The notes beneath the pieces are model-generated. The model saw only the letters and a program-made list of their open reading frames with translations, did no database searches and was not told the DNA's origin. A DNA stretch of 64,000 bases from contig CAVQFH010000003.1 of the NCBI GenBank assembly GCA_963711775.1, positions 87,110 to 151,109 of the forward strand. The letters are read 5' to 3'. Origin of the DNA: an uncultured Actinomycetota bacterium. GTDB taxonomy: Bacteria; Actinomycetota; Actinomycetes; Mycobacteriales; Jatrophihabitantaceae. Positions within the stretch are counted from its first letter, which is position 1; every line of letters starts with the position of its first letter. Below are positions 57,700 through 64,000 of the stretch, piece by piece. A program made the position numbers and the translations under genes.

Positions 57700-58435
57700 A
57701 TGGCGAATTCCAACCTGGTCCTGCATCGCGGCGCGAAGGCGGTCAACCTGGACGAGCTTCAGAGATTCCAGGCCCCGCCGCCCGAAGGCAGGTGGTTCCC
57801 GCTGTCCCACGGCCGCGTGCTGAGCGTCGTGACCGACACGCTCGGCGAGGCGGGCTACCTCATCGAGAAGCAGCAGCTCGGCGTCATGCGCGACGGCTCG
57901 CGGTTCTTCGGGACCCTCGACCTCAAGAGCCCCGTCGCCGACGGCGTGAGCCTCGCGGTCGGCATCCGCAACAGCGTGGACAAGTCGTTCCCGCTCGGCT
58001 TCTGCGCCGGGAGCCGCGTGTTCGTGTGCGACAACCTCGCGTTCCGCTCGGAACTCCTGGTCCGCCGCAAGCACACCGTCTTCGGCGAGCGCGATTTCGT
58101 CCGGCGGATCGCCGAGGCGGTCGGCTCGCTCCCGTCGTTCCAGGAGCAGGAGGCACTCCGCATCGAGCGGATGAAAGGGGCGGAGCTGGACGGCGACCAG
58201 GCCGACGCGCTGATCCTCCGCGGATTCGAGCGGGGCATCGTCGGGAGCGAGGGAGCTTCCCCGGGTGCTCCAGCAATGGCGTAACCCGCCCTTCGAGGAG
58301 TTCCGGCCGCGGACCGCGTGGGCCCTGCTCAACGCCTTCACCTCGGCCATGAAGGAGCGGGGAGGGAGCCAGCCGCAGAGCTACGCCACGCAGACCATGC
58401 GGCTCCACGCCCTGCTCGACCCGGAGAGGAACTGA
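57700..58435 (+). CDS. DUF932/DUF945 family protein (mobile-element associated), one frameshift
   Basis: GIRNSVDKSF, RVFVCDNLAF, RRKHT, TAWALLNAFT. Confidence 0.8.
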
Positions 58436-58533
58436 GCCGGGCGAACTTCCAGAGGTTCCGACGAAGGGATGCGTCGGGGCCTCCAGGCCTGTCATATTCG
58501 GGGGCGATTGGAGGGCGTCGTTGGCGCGAGCCC

Positions 58534-58884
58534 TCAGCCCTTCCGGACCCGCGCGAGCAGCTCTCCGCGATCCTTGAGCTCACGCTCGAAGTCCTCGAGG
58601 ATCGTCTCGCAGACCAGCTTGCAGAGGCGTTCCACCAGCGGGTCGGTGATCCGGTAGAACACCTGCATGCCGTCGCGGCGGCGGCTGACGAGTCCGGCCT
58701 CGGCGAGCAGCTTGAGGTGCTTGGAGACGTTGGCCTGGCCGCGTCCGCTCTCCTCCACCACCTGGCCCACGCTCTTCTCGCCCGCCATCAGGGCGCGGAG
58801 GATCGCCAGGCGGCTCGGGTCGGCGAGCATGCGGAACTTCTCGGCCATGAGGTCGAGGAACTCGTCGGGGATCGGGCCGGTCAT
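58534..58884 (-). CDS. ArsR/SmtB family repressor with C-terminal CxxxC
   Basis: FRMLADPSRLAIL, QANVSKHLKLL, VFYRI, LCKLVC. Confidence 0.9.
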   Translation of the reverse strand: MTGPIPDEFLDLMAEKFRMLADPSRLAILRALMAGEKSVGQVVEESGRGQANVSKHLKLLAEAGLVSRRRDGMQVFYRITDPLVERLCKLVCETILEDFERELKDRGELLARVRKG

Positions 58885-58888
58885 CGGG

Positions 58889-58937
58889 TTGACTTTATTA
58901 CTGTTGGGTTATAAGGTAGAACGAGCGAACAGTAATA
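58889..58937 (+). promoter_or_regulatory. Sigma70-type promoter with 10-bp inverted repeat (probable ArsR operator)
   Basis: TTGACT-N17-TAAGGT; TATTACTGTT (58896-58905) / AACAGTAATA (58928-58937). Confidence 0.7.
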
Positions 58938-58960
58938 TCCTACCACAAGGAGGCTCGACC

Positions 58961-59410
58961 ATGAAGAGGATTCGCTACACCTGGCTGCTCCCCGCCCTGC
59001 TGGCCCTGGCCTGGGGCTCGACGAAACTGGCCCCGGCCCTGGCTGCCGAGACGCCCGCCGCATCAGGGCCCATCCGGGCGGTGGTCCACGTGAACTTCGG
59101 CGACGCCGAGCGGCAGGGCAAGGGCCTGAAGAACATCGCCAACATCCTGAAAGAGGTCGGCGACAAGGCCCAGCTCGAGGTGGTCGCCCACGGGGCGGGC
59201 ATCGACCTGCTGGTGGCCTCCAAGACCAAGCACGCCGGGCAGATCGCCGAGCTTCGCGGCCGCGGGGTGCGTTTCGTGGCCTGCGAGAACACGCTCGCCG
59301 AGAAGTCGATCCCCAAGGGCGACCTGCTCGAGGGCGTGGGCACGGTCCCTTCGGGCGCGGTCGAGGTGATCCGCAAGCAGCACGAGGGCTACGCCTACTT
59401 CCGCCCGTAA
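58961..59410 (+). CDS. Exported DsrE/DsrF-like protein
   Basis: Signal peptide; EVVAHGAG, FVACENT, VPSGAVE, GYAYFRP. Confidence 0.85.
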   Translation: MKRIRYTWLLPALLALAWGSTKLAPALAAETPAASGPIRAVVHVNFGDAERQGKGLKNIANILKEVGDKAQLEVVAHGAGIDLLVASKTKHAGQIAELRGRGVRFVACENTLAEKSIPKGDLLEGVGTVPSGAVEVIRKQHEGYAYFRP

Positions 59411-59474
59411 AGCCTGAGGGACACGGTGTCATTCCTGACGTTGGCGACGGCTTCGGGGTTACGGGGAAATTCGC

Positions 59475-61065
59475 ATGCGACACGGTTGGAAAATGACCGC
59501 ACTGGCACTCTCGGCCCTGATCGCGACCGAGGCCCAGGCCCGGCCGCCCGAAGGCGGCGGGGCGGGGCGAAAGACGATCACGCTCGCCTACTTCGCCGAC
59601 CTGCACGCCCAGCTCGAGCCGCACCCGGAGCTGTTCTGGTCGGAGGGGCAGGACGAGACGACGACTGCGGGCGGGGTCTCGCGGCTGGCCACGGCAATCG
59701 CTGCCCTCCGGCGCGAGCAGCCGGGGGGGACGCTGGTTTTCGACGGCGGGGACACGATCCAGGGATCGGCCGCCGCCGCCTGGACCGAGGGCCGCGCGGT
59801 GGTCCCGCCCGTCAACGCCCTGGGCCTCGACTTCGGCATCCCGGGAAACTGGGAGGTGGTCTACGGCAAGGCGGCCCTGCTGGAGCGGGCCAAGGAATTC
59901 CGCCACCCGCTCATCGCCGCGAACATCCGCGACGCCGAGACGAAAGAACTGATTTTCAAGCCATACATCGTCAAAGAATTGGATGGTGTGCGAGTCGCCG
60001 TCATCGGCCTCACCGACCCGGACGTCCCCGAGCGTCAGCCGCCCTCCTACAGCCGCGGGCTCATCTTCGACGGCCCTGAGGTCCTCCCGCCGCTGATCAA
60101 GCGCGTGCGCGAGGAGGAACACGCCGACGTGGTGGCCGTCGCCGCGCACATCGGCCTGCCCAAGGCGATCGATCTCGCCGGTCGGCTTGAAGGCGTCGAC
60201 CTCTTCCTTTCGAGCGACACGCACGAGCGGACCTACAAGCCGATCATCAAGGGGCAGACCTGGGTCGTCGAGCCGGGCGCATTCGGTTCCTTCCTCGGCC
60301 GCCTCGATCTCACGATCGAGGGCGGCAAGGTGGTGGACCGCCGCTGGGAGCTGACCGAGCTCCGGGCCGACCGCGTGGCCGAGGACCCTGCGGTCAAGGC
60401 CCTCGTCGAGAAGACCCTGGCGCCCTCCGCGAGAAGCTCGACCGCGTCATCGGCGAGACGAGCGTGCCGCTGGTGCGTTACGCCGTGGTCGAGACCAACC
60501 TCGACGCGGTCCTGGCCGATGCGCTCCGCGAGGCGGCCGGGACGGACATCGGTCTTTCCAACGGCTTTCGCTTCGCCGGGCCCACGCCCCCGGGCCGATC
60601 CGCGAGCGTGACCTGTGGAACTGGTACCCGATCACGGCCCCGCTCAAGACCGGCACGGTGACGGGCAAGCAGCTCCGGGAGTTCTGGGAGCGCGAGCTCG
60701 AGAACGTCTTCGCCTCCGACCCGGCGAAGCTCTTCGGCGGCTGGGTGCCGCGCCCGTCGGGGATGACACTCACGTTCGAGGCCAAGGCGCCCAAGGGCAA
60801 ACGCCTCAGGGAGCTGAACGTCGGCGGGAAGCCCGTCTCCGACGAGGCCCGTTACTCGATCGTCTCCTGCGAGCGTGAAGGCGATGCGCCCGACAAGGTC
60901 TGCCGCATCCCCGGCGTCGACGACGTGAAGAAGCTCGCATTCGACGCCCACGAGGCGGTCCGCCGGTACTTAGCCAAGCACCGGCCGCTGGGGCAGCCCG
61001 AGCTGGGGCGGGTCGTGGCGACCGATCTGCCGCCGGTCATACGCTCCCAGGTCTCGGGACGGTAA
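59475..61065 (+). CDS. SoxB-like metallophosphoesterase/5'-nucleotidase, exported, frameshifted
   Basis: DLHAQLEP, DGGDTIQGS, GNWEVVYG, AHIG, DTHER, SNGFRF. Confidence 0.78.
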
Positions 61066-61142
61066 GAGTATTGCTTGCGAGTCGAGGACGCGTGTCCCCG
61101 AACGCACCGCTCGGATGAACAGCACGGAACGAGGAACAGACC

Positions 61143-61604
61143 ATGGAAGACAGGATGAAGCTCAACGATCACATCTCCGTCGGCGCCCAGCCGTCGGAAG
61201 AACAGCTCCGGCAGATGGCCGAGGAAGGCATCAAGGCGGTGGTCAACCTCCGGACCGAAGGCGAGGAGGATCAGCCGTTATCGCCCGCGGCAGAAGGTGA
61301 GAAGGTGCGGGCCCTGGGCATGGAGTACCTGCACATCCCGGTCTCCTCGAAGGAGCCCCGGGCCGAGCAGGTCGACCAGTTCCGCGCCGAAGTCCCCCAG
61401 CTCCCGGGCCCGGTGTTCGTCCACTGCGCCTCGGGCAAGCGGGCCGGGGCCTTCGCGATGATGCACCAGGCGGTCGAAGCCGGTTGGTCGGGAGACGAAA
61501 CCCTGGAGAAGGCCGAGCAGATGGGCTTCGAGTGCGACGTCCCGGCCTTGAAAGACTTCGTCCGGGGCTACATCGACGAGAACCAGCCGAAGACGCTTTC
61601 TTGA
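61143..61604 (+). CDS. Blh/DUF442-like sulfurtransferase (PTP-like fold)
   Basis: GAQPS, VVNLRTEGE, YLHIPV, FVHCASGKRAG. Confidence 0.82.
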   Translation: MEDRMKLNDHISVGAQPSEEQLRQMAEEGIKAVVNLRTEGEEDQPLSPAAEGEKVRALGMEYLHIPVSSKEPRAEQVDQFRAEVPQLPGPVFVHCASGKRAGAFAMMHQAVEAGWSGDETLEKAEQMGFECDVPALKDFVRGYIDENQPKTLS

Positions 61605-61615
61605 GGGGCGGGGCC

Positions 61616-62175
61616 ATGGGAATCCGGACGATCACGCCGAGAGAACTCCACGAGCTACGACGGGGCGGAAAAGACATCAACCTCATCGACGTGCGCACCC
61701 CGGCCGAGCACGGCGAGGTGCACGCCGAGGGGGCGAGGAACGTCCCGCTCGACAGGCTCGATGCCCCGGCCCTCATCGGTTCCAGGAATGGTCCCGGCGA
61801 TGAGCCCCTCTACTTCATCTGCCGCTCGGGGGGCCGCGCCAACCAGGCGTGCGAGCGGGTCGCGGCCGCCGGGTTCCCGAACGTCGTGAACGTCGAGGGC
61901 GGGACCCTGGCCTGGGAGCAGGCGGGGCTGCCCGTGGTCCGGGGCGGAGGAAGGCCGTCTCGCTCGAACGCCAGGTGCGGATCGCGGCCGGGTCGCTCGT
62001 GCTCATCGGCACGGCCCTGGGGGCGTTCGTGCATCCGTACTTCCTGGGCCTCTCGGCCTTCGTAGGCGCGGGGCTGGTGTTCGCGGGCATCACCGACACC
62101 TGCGGCATGGCCATGATGCTCGGCCGCCTGCCGTGGAACCGGGCGGGCGGAGAGGGGGCCGCATGCTCGCCCTGA
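61616..62175 (+). CDS. Rhodanese + DUF2892 protein (YgaP-like), one frameshift
   Basis: [23 protein letters not shown]; [22 protein letters not shown]. Confidence 0.88.
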
Positions 62176-62992
62176 ATCCGATCTTCGGGGCGGTGGTCGG
62201 GCTCTCGCTCGGCCTGACCGGAGGCGGCGGGTCGATCTTCGCCGTGCCGCTCCTGATTTACGGCCTGGGCGTGAGACCGCGAGAGGCCATCGGCGTCTCG
62301 CTCGCCGCCGTAGGCGTCACCGCGCTCGTCGGCGCCGTCCAGCGGCTCCGCTCGGGCCAGGTGGAGGTCAAGACGGGACTGCTCTTCGCCGCGGCCGGGA
62401 TGCTCGCCACTCCCGCGGGGGCCTGGCTGGGCGGCCGACTTCCCGAGGCGGTGCTGCTGGTACTCTTCGCGGGCCTGATGATCGCCGTGGCCGTGCGGAT
62501 GTGGCTGAAGGCCGCCCGCGACCCCGACGAGGCCCGAGCGGTACGCGCGGCCGGGCGCCGCACGCCGCGGATATTCAGGGCCCGGCCTGCCGTCGCGACC
62601 CGGGCGGGCGGCTGGCGATGACTTCGCGTTGCGCCGTCGTGCTCATGGTCGCGGGGCTCGTGGCAGGTCTGCTCTCCGGACTCTTCGGCGTGGGCGGCGG
62701 GTTCGTGATCGTCCCCGCGCTGGTGCTCACCAGCGGCATGGACATCCACCGGGCCGTGGCCACATCGCTGCTGGTGATCGCCCTCGTGAGCGCCGCAGGG
62801 GTGGCGTCTTACTTGGCGGCCGGTCGTCCGCTCCCGTTGGAGTCGACCGCGCTGTTCGTCGCGGGGGGCGTCGCCGGGATGGGACTCGGGACGCTGCTCG
62901 CGCGGCGAATCTCCGGGCCCGGCCTGCAGAAAATCTTCGCCGCGGCGATGCTCCTCGTCGCGGTGTTTATCGTAACCAAGAGCGTCACCTGA
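62163..62992 (+). CDS. Sulfite exporter TauE/SafE family, one frameshift
   Basis: [34 protein letters not shown]. Confidence 0.88.
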
Positions 62993-63008
62993 AGGAGGAG
63001 GTACACCC

Positions 63009-64000
63009 ATGTTTTTCCGGCAACGAAGCGTCCCCGGCCTGGCCATCTACAGCTACATGGTCGGCGACGAGAAGACCAAGGAATGCGCCGTCATCGACCC
63101 GACGCGGGACGTCGAGGAGTACGTCGAGACGGCCAAGGCCGAGGGGCTGCACATCAAGCACATCCTCGAGACCCACGTCCACGCCGACTTCGTGAGCGGG
63201 GCGAAGGAACTCAAGGAGCGGCTCGGCGGCAAGCCCGAGATCCACTGCTCGGGCATGGGCGGCAAGGAATGGACGCCCCCGTACGCCGACGTCGTGGTGA
63301 AAGACGGCGACGAGATCGCCATGGGCCGGATCCGACTCAAGGCCATGCACACCCCGGGCCACACCCCCGAGCACGTCTCCTGGGCGTCTACGACGACGCG
63401 CGGAGCGAGGACACGCCCTGGCTCATCTTCACGGGCGACTTCCTGTTCGTCGGCGACGTCGGCCGCCCCGACCTCCTCGGCGACGAGCAGCGGGCGGCCC
63501 TGGCCCACCAGCTCTACAAGAGCGTCTTCGAGGTGCTGCCGGGCCTGCCCGACTTCACCGAGATCTTCCCCGCCCACGGCGCGGGCTCGCTCTGCGGCAA
63601 GGCCATCGGCTCTCGCGGCGACTCGACCGTCGGCTACGAGCGGCGATTCAACGGGGCGCTCCAGCCGAAGCCGGAGAAGGAATGGGCCGAGGGCCTGCTC
63701 AAGGACATGCCCGTCGCCCCGCCGTACTTCCGGCGGATGAAGAAGGTCAACGCCGAGGGGCCGACGGTGCTGGGCCCGGTCCTGCCGGGCCAGAAGCGGT
63801 TCACGCCGAAGGAGGTCCACGAGCGGGTCTGCGAGCAGTGCCTCATCGTCGACGTACGGCCGAAGGAGGCCTTCGCCGCGGCGCACATCCCGGGCTCGAT
63901 CAACATCCCGCTGGGCCAGAACCTCCCGGCCTGGGCCGGGTGGGTGCTGCCCTACGATCGGCCGACGCTCATCGTCCCCGACGACCCGAAGGACGTCCCG
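63009..64000 (+). CDS. MBL-fold persulfide dioxygenase-rhodanese fusion (CstB-like), 3' truncated
   Basis: ETHVHADFVSG, HTPGHTPEH, TGDFLFVGDVGRPDL, PAHGAGSLCG, DVRP..FAAAHIPGS. Confidence 0.88.

Overview
High-GC window that looks like a noisy long-read or metagenomic contig: many single-base indels split real genes across reading frames. It is probably a mosaic of 3-4 segments. (1) 1-~25.8 kb is actinobacterial core DNA syntenic with the M. tuberculosis Rv2188c-Rv2175c neighbourhood (GT4, acyl-CoA ligase, SRPBCC, ArsA, glucokinase, PlsC, RNase AS, pfkA, class II and class I DAHP synthases, PASTA kinase, carotenoid genes) and is heavily frameshifted. (2) ~25.8-46.9 kb is much cleaner actinobacterial DNA syntenic with Rv3041c-Rv3030 (glgX, HtrA, ABC ATPase, echA, methylglucose-lipopolysaccharide-type genes). 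It carries an ~8.5 kb insertion with a DUF222-HNH gene behind a PafBC-type promoter, a deleted SpoIIE gene, and a putative copper/cell-surface cluster (DUF2231, cupredoxin, His-rich lipoprotein with a perfect 296-bp internal repeat, Cu/Zn-SOD-like sortase substrate, class F sortase) sharing three copies of GAACCG-N15-RCGAA. It also encodes a Cds1-like PLP enzyme lacking its catalytic lysine. (3) ~46.9-49.7 kb is a fragment with a truncated GH38 alpha-mannosidase and a Lys/Ala/Pro-repeat protein. (4) ~49.7-64 kb is Planctomycete-like mobile-element DNA: a tightly coupled operon of a VirD4/TraD-like coupling ATPase plus three winged-helix/replication-relaxation-like genes, a hairpin-rich 1.7 kb spacer, DUF932, and an ArsR-controlled sulfur cluster (exported DsrE, SoxB-like hydrolase, Blh-like sulfurtransferase, rhodanese, TauE, persulfide dioxygenase). 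No tRNA, rRNA or CRISPR array was seen. All family and taxon calls are from motif recognition, not database searches, and coordinates of frameshifted genes are approximate.
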